Part shown: positions 13,286-25,630 of the stretch, piece by piece | Layout: every line of letters starts with the position of its first letter | Numbering within the stretch: the first letter of the stretch is position 1 | Assembly (NCBI RefSeq): GCF_004010195.1 | Contig: NC_057757.1 | Location: 5,370,430-5,434,429 of the forward strand | Length of the DNA stretch: 64,000 nt | Direction of reading: 5' to 3' | Source: Chiloscyllium plagiosum | Lineage: Eukaryota | The notes under the pieces: model-generated | Seen by the model: only the letters and a program-made list of their open reading frames with translations | Databases searched by the model: none | Told to the model about the DNA's origin: nothing | Position numbers and translations under genes: made by a program

Positions 13286-13398
13286 CAACCTTGATGTATC
13301 GCTACTGTGTCGCAGCCTCCCCTGAAACACCACGAGCGATTCCCTGGTACATTTACAAAGAAAGGCTTGCCACAAAACATTTCTTTGGTCTCCTTCAG

Positions 13399-13482
13399 TT
13401 TTCTTAAGCGACAAGAGAGCAGAGGAGAAGGAGAAGGTTGCCTCTGTGCTGCAAAAGAAAAAGAAAAAAAGGAAGAAGAAAC
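13399..13482 (+). CDS. Nucleolin-like gene, mini-exon 7 (84 nt, poly-Lys)
   Basis: tctccttcag acceptor, C|gtaagt donor, phase 1-1; FLSDKRAEEKEKVASVLQKKKKKRKKK. Confidence 0.8.
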
Positions 13483-13691
13483 GTAAGTAGATTAAACAAT
13501 TTCTAACAACAAAGTCTGAAGTAGTGCTCAGTTCTGTCTCTTTGATGCCATGATCTGTCCCATTAACAAGGAGTCTGACAAATGCAGGGCTCCTATCCTG
13601 TCCCACTGCATTTCTCTGCCAGGCCTACATTGCTCAGTCTGGTTGTCTGATAATGCCAACTGTTACTACGTTCTTATTTTCTTCCTCGAAG

Positions 13692-13772
13692 TGACTTTAA
13701 GCAAGAAAACAGCAGTGGAGGAGCACGCCACCAGCGCAAAGACGAAGAAACGTAAAAAGACGCAAGAGAAAA
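13692..13772 (+). CDS. Nucleolin-like gene, mini-exon 8 (81 nt)
   Basis: ttttcttcctcgaag acceptor, A|gtacgt donor, phase 1-1; TLSKKTAVEEHATSAKTKKRKKTQEK. Confidence 0.75.
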
Positions 13773-14109
13773 GTACGTTAAAATGGAACACAATCAAAGT
13801 TACCATAAAACAAGGAACTGTGGGGGCTGAAGATCTGAAACAAAAACAGAAATTGCAGGAGCAGCTCAGCAGGTCTGGCAGCACCTGTGAAGAGAAAGCA
13901 GAGTCAATGATTTGAGTCCAGTGACCCTCCCTCAGAACGTTGTCTCCACAGATGCTGCCAAACCTGCTGAATCTCTCCAGTAATTTCTGCTGATTGCATT
14001 TTGTGTTTTTTGTCTCCCTCTTTTGGCTGCCATACACAGAAACACATTGTTGTACCGTGGGCTGCTCACCTCGGAGCTGAGGAGATTGCAAGAGGTGTAC
14101 AAGGTTATA

Positions 14110-14470
14110 TTTGATTTGATTTTTTTATTGTCACATGTACCTCAGTACATTGTTTTGCGTGCGGTACAGACAGATACAAAGGGCATAGGCGTAATAGAAC
14201 AGAGCGAGGAACACAAGGTTACAGCTGCAGAGAAGGTGCACAAGCTGCAGAGATCAACATTAAATTTAAAATGTGAGAGGCCCATTCAGATATCTAATAA
14301 CAGCAGGGAAGAAGCTGTTCTTGAATCTATTTGTATGTGTATAGAAACTTTAAGAAGGTGGGAGAGCGTACATCCAAGATGGGAGAGGGGCCTTTGATGT
14401 TGGTTGCTTTCCCAGTGTGGTGGGAAGTATAGATGGAGTCAGTGGATGGTAAGCTGGTTTGCGTGATGGC
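14110..14470 (-). mobile_element. Rex1/Babar-type LINE 3' fragment
   Basis: Reverse complement matches the 3' region of the element at 41130-42290. Confidence 0.6.
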
Positions 14471-15681
14471 AGGATAACAGGCTTGGAAGGAGCAATTCTT
14501 CCCATTAGGGGTTTGAGTTTTTTTTTCACGGAAGCGTAAGAGGTTGAGGGGTGACTTTTATGGAGGTTTATAAAATCATGAGGGACATAGGTAAGGTGAA
14601 TAACAAGGGTTGTTCCCCTAGGTCGGGGAGTTCAAAATCAGCGGGCATGTTTTTAAGGGAGGGGAAAAGGTTTTAAAGAAGATGTGAAGGGTAACGTTTT
14701 TACACAGAGGGTGGTCAGTGTGTGGAATGAACTGTCCGAGGAAGTGGTGGATGCGGGTACAGTTATAACATTTAAAAGACATTTTGATAAGTAAATGAAT
14801 AGGAAAGGTTTGGAGGGATATGGGCCAGGAGCAGGGACTGGTTTCGTTTTGGAACGTGGTCAACATGGACTGACTGGACCAAAGGGTTTGTTTCAATATG
14901 GTGTGACTCTGTAATGGATGGTATCAGGGTGAAGGGACAAAATTTAAAGTTTCAGACTGGAGATTTAGGGATGCTATGGAGCATGTGATAAGAACTCGGG
15001 ACGTCGCGAGGGTGCTGGAAGCAGAGACTAATTCCAAAGGGAAATTGGATGGCCACTCGGCGGGGGGGGGGGGAATAAATTTTCAGGGCTACAGGTATCG
15101 AGCAGGAGAGAGGCACTGACTAGATTGCTCCGCATGGAGCGGGCATGGACTCAATGGGCTGAATTGTCACTGCCTCTACTGTAAATGACTCCATGCTCCA
15201 GCATGGAAGGAGCTCATTCAGCCCCTTGGGTGATCTCTTTGAAAGAGTTCACGAACAGCTCCCACTTCCCTTTGCCCTTGTTCTTTCCCCATCGCTTCAT
15301 AAATTTTTCCCCTTAAAGCATTTATCCACTTTCCCTTTGAAAGTTAATGCAGAATAATTGAAAGCGAGCACTTCCCAGGTCACAAAAACCCGCAATGTCA
15401 GAAAATCATTTTTCATGTTGTCTCTGGTTTTGTTTGCAAAACCACGCTGTACAAGTCTTCTCAAAACTCACCGCACTGTATAAACAAAATGTGCCTGAGA
15501 TGAAATATCGTCTTGTTTTATACTCCTAAGGGCCATTAGCAGGGATCTAGGGCTTGTGTTTTCACCTCTCTTGTGTTGTCCAACCCTGACCTTTCCTTAC
15601 AATCTGTACATCCCTGAAACACCCTAGTACCAGTGTCTACTTCATCAGGAGTTATGAGTACAAGTTGCACAGTTTCACTGG

Positions 15682-16482
15682 TGCTACCTCACGTTTGCAA
15701 TGATTTGATCCCTGTGGTTCTGGCCCTACTTGGAGCTCCTCTATGCTCCTTCCCTCCCCAGGTGAAACAACTAGCTCAGTGTCCATTGGTGGGGGTGGGG
15801 GTGTATGTGTTGGTGTGCCATCCAGTAAGACCAAACCCAGATGACACTGAAATATTTTGAGACCCCCCCACCCCACCAAACCAAAATCCCTTTGGTGTTT
15901 GCAAAGCCCCAGTTTGTGACCATGTTTAGAATGATAAAGACCTCCATTGGGTTAGGAAAGAAACCAACTTTCTTCGGGGAATCGACAGCGTGAGGTCCTT
16001 CTACTCATCACGTTTCTTGTTCTCGCAGCTTCCTGGTGTCTCTATATCGAGAAGTTGAGGTCCCAGAATTCACCTTGTGAGCTGATGCTACCTCACGTTT
16101 GCAATGATTTGATCCCTGTGGTTCTGGCCCTACTTGGAGCTCCTCTATGCTCCTTCCCTCCCCAGGTGAAACAACTGGCTCAGTGTCCATTGGTGGGGGT
16201 GTATGTGTTGGTGTGCCATCCAGTAAGACCAAACCCAGATGACACTCAAATATTTTGAGACCCCCCACCCCACCAAACCAAAATCCCTTTGTTGTTTGCA
16301 AAGCCCCAGTTTGTGACCATGTTTAGAATGATAAAGACCTTCATTGGGTTAGGAAAGAAACCAACTTTCTTCGGGGAATCGACAGCATGAGGTCCTTCTA
16401 CTCATCACGTTTCTTGTTCTCGCAGCTTCCTGGTGTCTCTACATCGAGAAGTTGAGGTCCCAGAATTCACCTTGTGAGCTGA
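15682..16482. repeat. Tandem direct duplication of ~400 bp (15682-16085, 16086-16482)
   Basis: Two near-identical adjacent copies differing by small indels and substitutions. Confidence 0.92.
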
Positions 16483-16699
16483 AGGCAGCCATTGGCGATT
16501 TTCTAAGTGAGAGGTCGGTCCCATACAAAGAGATCCAGCTGGATCCTGACAGGTATGGGCTTGAGTTTCTCTCGCGGCAGTCAGTTTTCTATCCAACTGG
16601 GACATGATGTCAAATCCAGGGAAGGAGATGCTTTTTCTTTCCCAACTCTAGGCACGTAGTGTCAGCGGCAAAAACTCCCAGACTACATAAATCGTGTTC

Positions 16700-17140
16700 G
16701 AGAATAAAGCTCCATCTAGAACTTTGCCCATCAAACACTCCCAAGACAGGGACAGCACGGGATTAGATGCAGAGTAAAGTTCTTTCTACACAGTCCCCAT
16801 CAGACACTCCCAAGACAGTGACAGCACAGGGTTAGATACAGAGTAAATCTTCCTGTACACTGTCCCTCATCAAACACTCCCAGGGCAGGGACAGCACAGG
16901 GTTCGATAGAGTAAAGCTCTCTCTACACAGTCCCCATCAAACATTCCCAGCGCAGGTATAGCAAGGGGTTCGATATGGAGTAAAGCACCCTCTACATTGT
17001 CTCTAGCATACATTCCCAGGACAAATATAGCGCACAGTTAGATACCGACTAAAGCTTTCTCTATACTGTCTCCACCAAACACTCCCAGGACAGGTATAAC
17101 ACACAGTTAGGTACAGAGTAAGTAGCTTCTAAACACTTGC
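16700..17140 (+). repeat. ~67-70 bp minisatellite array
   Basis: Unit caaacactcccaggacag...ggttagatacagagtaaagct...tgtccccat, about 6 copies. Confidence 0.88.
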
Positions 17141-18429
17141 AGGGCAAATAAAGTGAAGCTGCTTTCCACTGCAAAATCAGATCATCCCAAATCAGGTCCA
17201 GGGTGGAAAGAGATGCAGTTAATTTCCCCAACCGCCTGCCCACAATACAACAATAAGCCCCCAATGGCTTTTCTGAATCTTATTGTAAACTTGCATTTGC
17301 ACACTACAGAAGTAACTTTCTAACATCCCAACCCTTCACATACGCTGTGGAAAATTGTTATGAACAGCAGATATTGTCATGTCATTGTGTGCACTTAAAG
17401 ATCCCATAAATATCGGAGAGGGGGGCGGGGGGTGGAATGATGTTGCATAGTGTAGAGAAACATTGGTGCATTACCCAGGAGTAAAGGAGTCCAGCATCCA
17501 CCTGAACCAGTGGGACTGGTGGTTAGGACCTGGGGTTAATGTCTCATCTGACAGACGGCTATCTTCAATGCTGCAGAACTCCTTCACTACCCAGTCTGAA
17601 TTGTTGGATGGGGTCAGAACACAATATCCTCACCAGAAGCAAAACTGCTGCTAACACCCATCGTTTGGAAGCTTGCTTCAGGTGGGGTCACATGACTGAG
17701 GGGAGTTTAGCATTACGCCATAACTGTAGATTCATATATCAATGTCTACAAAATGAAAGGATGCAAATTTGCCAACCTTCCTCTGGAATTCTTCCTTGAT
17801 AGGTACCACCATCCAGTTCTGTCTCAATGTATTAAATAATTTTGCACCTTTTGCCTGTACATCAATTTGTAGAATCTGTACACCAGAATTTCATAGTTCA
17901 TCTGAGCAAGTTTAACGTGGTTTCTCTGTATTTCAGGCCCTTTAGAAAAGAAGCCAAATGCTTTGCCAGTGTTTTGAGCAATCTGTGTACTTGTTTAAAA
18001 GTTAGATTTATTTGATCAATTTGACCGATTTCTTGCTGGCTCACTTCCAGCTGCTCCGCCTGTGTTGAACTGAACCATGAGGGCGATCTGAATGAAGCTC
18101 TGCAGTTTGGCACGTGCAACATTCTCGGACAAGTAGCAAGATTAAGCAAGGTGGAGAAACTGGGAGCGCTGAATGGCAGTGAGTCAGTCTCTTTTTTTTT
18201 CAGCGCCTTCAGTTCACGATGCTCTGCTGAAGGAATTGTTTCCTGGCGTAGGAATCCCCTAAGGGGAATGAGCCTCCTGGTCATTGGCAAAGGGACCAGG
18301 CTTCATGCTGAGCCTGAACGATGCACGTTGCAAAGCTGAGTAGCAGGGGTCCTACAAAGGAGACCCCAGTCCCTTCCTTTACCAACACGCAAAGGCTGTC
18401 CAGCCAGAGAGTATGCCTTGTTTCTCGGG

Positions 18430-19035
18430 ATGTGAAGAAGACATTTGGTGTGTTTGCCTTTATTGGTCAGCGCATTGAGAGTAGGAGTTGGGAAGTCATG
18501 TTGTAGCTGTACAGGACATGAGTTGGGCCAGTTTTGGAGTACTGTGTGCAATTCTGGTCTTCCTGCTATAGGAAAGAGTGCGGAGAAGATTTGCAAGGAT
18601 GTTGCTGGGATTGGAAGGTCTGAGCGATAGGGAGAGGTTGAATGGGCTGAGGCTATTTTCCCTGAGGCATCAGAGGTTCAGGGGTGGACTTTGATAAAAT
18701 CATGATGGGCATGGAGAGGGCGAATAGTCGAGGTGGTGGTGGTGGTGGTGATGGGGAGGTGGGTTCCAAAACTGGGTTTATGGTGAGAGGGGAAAGACTT
18801 AAAAGGGATCTAAGGGACAACTTTTTCATGCAGAGGGTGGTGTGTGTATGGGAATGAGCTGCCAGAGGAAGTGGTGGAGGCTGGTACAACTGCAACATTT
18901 AAGAGGCATCTGGATGGGTACATGAATAACAAAGGTTTAGAGGGATATGGGCAATGGAAATGCTGGAAAAATGGGACTAGATTAATTGAGGATATCTAAT
19001 TGGCATGGATGAGTTGGATCGAAGGGTCTGTTTCC
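18430..19035 (+). mobile_element. CR1-clade LINE 3' fragment
   Basis: gagctgccagaggaagtggtggaggctggtac and the CR1 3' tail. Confidence 0.8.
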
Positions 19036-20494
19036 ATGCTGTACATCTCTATGACTGTCGGAACTATACCTGATCACAAGGGACAGTTGCATCGTGGTAA
19101 TTTTATTGGAATAGTAAATCAGAGAGATCAGCTAGTGCTCTGGTCTAAGGTCCAAATCCCACCATGACACCAAGGTATCCAAACCTTGATTATCATGGAC
19201 TAATCATGAAACTACAAGATTGTCATGGAAATGTTTGTTAAAAAGTTCATGATGGTGGGTGTTGCTGGCTCAGTCCAGCATTTATTGCCCATCCCTAATT
19301 ACTCAGAGGGCAGTCAATAGATAACCACATCGCTGTGGGTCTAGAATCCCATGTAGGCCAGACTAGGTCAGAATGACAGTTTCCTTCCCTAAAGGACACT
19401 AGTGAGCCAGATGGGTTTTTCTAACAATCGACAATGGATTCATTAGACATCATCAGATTCTTAATTCCAGATTGTTACTGAATTCAACTTCCACCATCTA
19501 CCATGGCATTTCGGAAAACTGATCTAGCGATAATGCCACTAGGCCATCACCTCTCCTTGTTCATGTCCTTTGCGAGGGACGTCTGGGTCATTCCTTACCT
19601 GCTCTGGCCTATGTGTGCCAATGAATGTGGAAAACCACATGTTAGGTTTGCAAACTTTTGCCATGTTTGAGTAACTAAAGTAAGTGTGAGACCCTAGGAG
19701 GATGTAACTGGGGAATTGACAATGAGGAGCAAAAGAAACAGCAGATATTTTAAAACCAATGACCGTTGGATCCCTCCTGTTGCTGGAAAGGACAGGAATT
19801 TGAGGATGTTGACCCAGCGACAGTGAAAGAACAGCAGTGGATTTCCAAGTCAGGATGGTGAGTGGTTTGGAGGAGAGCTTGCAGGGCTGATATCTGCCAC
19901 CTTTTATCCTTCTAGATGATTGGTTTAGAAAGTGGCGTCAAAGAAGGTTTGGATGGTTATCAAAGCATAGAACAGGGAAACAGGCGCTTTGGCCCACCCT
20001 TCTTAATTCTTTCCCCTCACCTAAAGCCTATGACCTCTAGTTTTGGACTCCTCTACCCTGGGGAAAGATCCTTGGCTATTCACCTTATTTATGTCCCTCC
20101 TGATTTTATAGACTTCTGTGCATCTAGTACACACTGCAGCCGCGGAGTGTCAGAAATGGAGGGAGTGTATGTCTTAGGTGCTGGTTGGTTGTCAATCAAG
20201 TTGGATCACTCCCTGCACCACCAGAGGGCGCATATATCTCCACTGTTGCAAATCTCTTCCAATAATATTACAGTGAAAATGGAAATTGTTAGTGAACAGG
20301 AGGGTACAAGGGACTTGATGGAAATATGCAGGATTTCGGGGAGGATGGTACTATATCAGTTCTTCTTTTAGAGAGGCTTTGCAGACATGATGGGCCAAAT
20401 GGCCTCCTTCCATACTGTAACCATTTACTGTTTCTGCTGTCCCAATGTGTGGCTCAGTATCAGTTTTTTTTTTTCAAAAAAATAATGTTCTTAG

Positions 20495-21080
20495 CATGAA
20501 ACAGACCCTTTGGGCCAACCCGTCCATGCTGACCCAATATCCTAAATTAATCTAGTCCCATCTGCCGGTATTTGGCTCATATCCCTCTAAGCCATTCCGA
20601 TTCATACGTCCATCCAGGTGCCTTTTAAATGTTGTAATTGTACCAGCCTGTACCACTTCCTCTGGCAGTTCATTCCATACATGTACCACCTTTTAAATCT
20701 TTCCCCTCTCACCTTAAACCTATGCCCTCTAGTTTTGGAAGACTCCACCCTGGAGGAAAGACCTTTGACTATTCACCCTATCTATACCCCTCATGATTTT
20801 ATAAACCTCCCTGAAGTCACCCCTCAGCCTCCTGGGCTCCAGGGGAAAAGGTCCCAGCCAACACAGCCTCTCCTTACAACTCAAATCCTCCAGTCGTGGT
20901 AACATCCTTGTTAGTCTTTGTTTTTTGCACCCTTTCCAGCTTAATAACGTCCTTCCTATAGCAGGGCAATTGTACACAGTATTCCAAATGTGGCCTCACC
21001 CAATGTACAGCCATAACATGACACCACAGTTCCTGTACTCTGTACTCTGACCAATGAAAGTAAATGTGCCAAACACCACC
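20495..21080 (-). mobile_element. CR1-clade LINE 3' fragment
   Basis: Minus-strand ORF with LEPRRLRGDFREVYKIMRG. Confidence 0.8.
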
Positions 21081-21353
21081 TTGTGTGAAGCACATTGGGA
21101 AGTTCCTCTACCTTAAAGGTGCTATTCAAATGCAAGTTGTGGGCTGAAAGGAAAGCTGGGGAGATGTTGAAGAGGATGATAAATGTGGAAAAGAACAGGA
21201 GCAGGCTAAAGAGAGCAGAGACTCCTGCAAATTAAAGTGGCTTTCTGTAGTTCTGCAGTCTCATGTAGGCCAGACCAGGTAAGGATGGCAGATTTCCCTC
21301 ACAGAATAGGAGTAGTGAACCAGACAGATTTTATCACCTGTGTTTCCTTTTAG

Positions 21354-21471
21354 GAATTGACTCTAGGACACTTCGTGTGAAAACCCTTCCAAGTGACGTC
21401 TGTGCCAAGGACCTTAAGCGTTTGTTTGAGAAAGTTGCTGGTGTTTGGATATGTCAGGACGTCAACAAAAG
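21354..21471 (+). CDS. Nucleolin-like gene, RRM N-terminal half
   Basis: tttccttttag acceptor, AG|gtacgc donor, phase 1-2. IDSRTLRVKTLPSDVCAKDLKRLFEKVAGVWICQDVNKR resembles nucleolin RRM2 ERDARTLLAKNLPYKVTQDELKEVFE. Confidence 0.85.
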
Positions 21472-21978
21472 GTACGCGGTCAGAGTGTAGTTGGATTTGA
21501 GAGCAAGCAGGAAACCCATATAGACACAGGGAGAACGTGCAGTCTCCACACAGAAAGTCCCCTGAGGGTGGAATCGAACACGGGTCCCTGGCATGTGAGA
21601 CAGCAGCACAACCACTGAGTCACCACGCTGCCTGGCATGATGAGATTTTATTTTCCTTTGGGGATTGGGAATCTTGTCTTCCTAAAAAGGAAGTAGAGTC
21701 CCTGAATACTTTAAGGCAGAAGTGGATAGATTCCTGATCATTTGAAGTGGGGGCCGGGGAGCCGAAAGGTTATCAAGGGCGGGTAGGAATTTGGACTAAT
21801 CAGACCAGCTGCAATTGGCAAGGCAATAAGAGCATTAAGAGATTTCAACCTATGGTCGGTAAGTTATTTGGTTTAAATAAATTTTTTTTCATAACTGTGA
21901 ACAATAACACAGAAGATCCACCAATATAACATGTTAAATGTAACTGTGTGTAACTGTTGTCTTGCTTTTCTTTGCCAG

Positions 21979-22094
21979 GTTTGGACTTGTCATGTTTGAG
22001 ACAGAGGAAGACACAGCTAACGCGCTAAATAATGGTGAAATAGAATGCAGAGGAAACCTGCTCCGACTGGACCGTGCATATCCAGTGAAACAAG
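21979..22094 (+). CDS. Nucleolin-like gene, RRM C-terminal half
   Basis: ttttctttgccag acceptor, G|gtatgt donor, phase 2-1; RNP1-like RFGLVMF then ETEEDTANALNNGEIECRGNLLRLDRAYPVKQ. Confidence 0.88.
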
Positions 22095-22847
22095 GTATGT
22101 CTGTGGTCCGGTCATAGTGTCAAAGAGGGCAACAGCATGGAAACAGGCCCTTCGGCCCAACTCGTCCATGCCATCCAGTTTTTAAATTAATCGAGTCCCA
22201 TTTGCCTGCGTTTGGTCCATGTCCCTCTATACCTACCCCATCCACATGCCTGTCCAGATGTTTCTTTAAATTATGAAATTGTAGTCGCTTCCACTGCTAC
22301 CTCAGCAGCCCATTCCAGACACTCACCACCTTCTGTGTGAAACAAATTGACCCTCTGGACCCTTTTAAATCTCTCCACTCTCAATCTAAACCTATGCCCT
22401 CTATTGTTAGGCTCCCATACCTAAGGGAAAGGCTGTTGGCCATCATCTAGCTTATCTACGCCTCTCATGACTCTGTAAGGTCACTTCTCTGTCTCCTACG
22501 CTCTGGGGGGGGGGGGTCCCAGCCTATCCAACCCCTCCCTATAACTCAAAGTTTCCAGTCCGGATGGCAACCTAGTAAATCTTTTGTGCATTCTTTCTAG
22601 TTTAATAATATCCTTTCTACAGCAGGGCAACCAAATCATTTCCATTCAAGGTGCACACTGCAGCTTCTTTCACCTCTGACCCCATGCCGTGCGTTTGTCA
22701 ATCCACGTCAACCTCTTCCTGGCCCCAAACCCCATTTGTCGCCTATTCATTAAGACCCATTTACCTTTCACCAACTTAACACGACACGTGCTTCCGATTT
22801 CTCCACTCGATCCTCAGAACCAAGAATTTGACAACAAGGTCAGTCAA

Positions 22848-23043
22848 GCGCAGCAGGTCAGGCAGCATCCAAGGAGCAGGAGAATCGACGTTTCGGGCAT
22901 GAGCCTTTCTTCAGGAAGGACTTCTTCAGGCTCGTGCCCGAAACGTCGATCCTCCTGCTCCTTGGATGCTGCCTGACCTGTCGCGCTTTTCCAGCAACAC
23001 ATTTTCAGCTCTGATCTCCAGCATCTGCAGTCCTCACTTTCTC
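22848..23043. mobile_element. Palindromic Penelope-derived short insertion with 16-bp TSD
   Basis: Inverted arms; flanking direct repeat caacaaggtcagtcaa at 22832-22847 and 23044-23059. Confidence 0.75.
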
Positions 23044-25057
23044 CAACAAGGTCAGTCAACCCATGTGACTTTGCTCTGCATTGCCCCCAGTGCCTGAGTG
23101 GCTTCCCTTGTGTCAGACAACTGGACAGGGTTCCCTTTATCCACTCGACAGTTCGTTTGTAGTATGTGGCATGGCTGGCAAGACCAGAAACCTTTGCACA
23201 GCATAATAGTCCTTCAATAAGCAAGGGGCTTTTTTTAACAAAGGGGGTAAGTTCGAACCCCTCCGATAATTGTTGTGTTGCGTCACCACAGTCTTGCCAT
23301 TAAAGAGAAGCGACTGGTGGTGATTTAACCTGCGGGCCACCAGATCTCAGCCGAGGCAAGAGTTTGAGAAGGAGAGTCCCTCATGATAACCTCAAGCTGG
23401 TGATGGGAATTGAACCCATGTTGTTGGCATCACACTGCTGTGTAAACCAACAATCCAGCCAACTGAGCTAAACCAATCCCCCGTGATAATTAATCCCACA
23501 TACAAACTCCAATTGGTTATGATGGGAGTAGAGGTTCCCTCCTAATAATAATTAAATCCAAAAGGCCCAGACAAATTCATCTCTCCCCTTGTAATCTGTT
23601 AAAGTGGGTTAAAAGGAAAGAAAGTCTCTAATCTCCACTTTATAAGTAACAAATAATAGTTTATTTATTCAACTCTAACAGCAAACTATCAAACTGGACA
23701 ATTTTCCCTGAAGTTCTAGCTGTTACCTAACTGAACTAAATTCTACTGGAAGGAATGCTGTTCAAGTCCCATTTGTATAAACCCAATTAATAAGAAAGCA
23801 ATAAATTCAAACTTAATCTCTCCAAGTTCTTTGCTTTATCTCCACTCTTCCTTCTGTTGAACTAACATCACAAATGCTTATGTTCTGATGATCCCTCAGT
23901 GAGGGTTTTGAGCTGGGAAATACTGTGGTACCTTTGGGTCTTTTTAGAGAGCTTACAGATTTCTGAGAGAGCCCGATATTTACTCTTCAGATGGGAAGTG
24001 GCTCTCTGCCGATTTTCAAATCTCCCAGTTTTACATACCCTCCATGACGCATTCAATTCTTTATAATTTGATTGGCTTCTGGGTGTCAAAACAATCCGTT
24101 TTAAATTCAACTGGTCCTTAGTTTCCAAGTGTCTTTTTAAATTAATTGGCTGAATTTAAACTGTTGTCTGGGTAAAAAATGCTACTTGGCTGTTTGATAC
24201 AAAATGTGTTAATTCAGGTGCTCCCTGTGCACCTGCACTTTTAACTGCTGTTCAGTCCATTCTTAAACCTGAAAAAGAGCACCATCTCTGAAAGGGACAT
24301 CCCAGTGCTTTCCCCCATTTTTACACACCAACTTTATAACAACTCTATCCCTGTCCTGGGAGTATTGGATCAGGGATGGTGTTAAGGGAGTTTTATCTTC
24401 CATTTAAAAGAGTAGAGGCTACTTTACTCTGTCCCTCACCTTGTGCTGCCCTTGTCAAAGAGCAGACAACAGTACGGCACAGGACCAGGCCGTTGGGCCC
24501 ACCAAGCTTGTGCCAACTCATGGACTCCTTTCTAATACAGAACCTTTTGCCTTCTAGTGGTCTGTGACCCTCTATTTCCTGCCTATTCAATCTATCTCAA
24601 GATACCTCTGAAATATTGCTGTTGTATCTGCTTGCCCTATGAACTTTGGCAGTGCATTCCAGGCACTTGCCACCCTCTGTTTTAAAAACAACTTGCCTCT
24701 TGCATCTACTTTAAACTTGTCCCCTTTTACCTTATGCCCCTAGTAATTGACCTTTCTTCCCTGCACTAGACCCCGACTACCAATTCTACCCATGCCTCTC
24801 ATAATTTTGTAAACTTCAATTGGATCAGCCCATTGCAAGCTTTTCACTGCACTCACTCAAGTGCACGTGACAATAAAGCGATTTAATTCAATTCAGTACA
24901 TCTTTTGATGTTCAAGTGAAAACAAGCCAGGTTTGACCAACCTCTCCTCATAGTTAATACCCTCCAAGCCAGGCAACATTCTGGTAAATCTTTTCAGTAC
25001 CCTCTCCAGAGTCTCACAAGTCGTTCCTATAATGTGGCAACCAGAACTGTACGCACT

Positions 25058-25400
25058 TCTGGGAGTGTTTAATGGGGCAGTGTAGAGGAAGCTTTGATTC
25101 CAGTTTAAAACATAACCCCATGCTGTCCCGGTCCTGGGAGTGTTTCATGGGGACAGGGCAGAGAGAGCTTTACTCTGTATCTAACCCCGTACTGCCTCTG
25201 TCCTGGCAGTGTTTGATGGGGGACAGAGCTTTACTCTGTATCTAACTCCATACTGCCTCTGTCCTGGGAGTATTGGATGGGGACAGTGTAGATGACATTT
25301 TACTCTGTCTCTAACCCCATGCTGTCCCGGTCTTAGGACTGTTTAATGGGGGAACAGTGCTGTGGAAGCTTTACTCTGTGCTGTCCCTGTTCTGGAAGTG
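25058..25400 (-). repeat. Same ~68-bp minisatellite in the opposite orientation
   Basis: gggagtgtttgatggggacag...ctttactctgtatctaacccc units. Confidence 0.85.
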
Positions 25401-25512
25401 ACATCAGTCAGATGAGGCAGTCATGTTGGGTGTGTATTCATGTGGGTGTCCTTTGCCTGGAATGTGAAATACAGCTTGCAATGCACTGAAATGTAAACTG
25501 TTGTTTCTGCAG

Positions 25513-25630
25513 AGAAAAGGAAAATTCTTATGATTAAAAACCTGCCTTACCCAATCAGTAAAAAGAATCTAAAATCTATACTTAATGATGCTGAGGATAT
25601 CCACCTGTCAAAAAGCAACCAGTCACAAGG
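25513..25630 (+). CDS. Nucleolin-like gene, RRM N-terminal half (RRM2-like)
   Basis: tttctgcag acceptor, GG|gtgagt donor, phase 1-2; EKRKILMIKNLPYPISKKNLKSILNDAEDIHLSKSNQSQG, with RNP2 IKNLPY. Confidence 0.88.

Noticed and set aside
16700..17140. CRISPR-like regular repeats
   Set aside because: Whole units repeat with no unique spacers, in a eukaryotic intron; this is a minisatellite.
21140..21240. Possible extra charged mini-exon (DVEEDDKCGKEQEQAKE)
   Set aside because: No pyrimidine tract and no convincing donor.
23300..23482. tRNA gene on the minus strand
   Set aside because: A/B-box-like head without a convincing cloverleaf; more likely a tRNA-derived SINE head.
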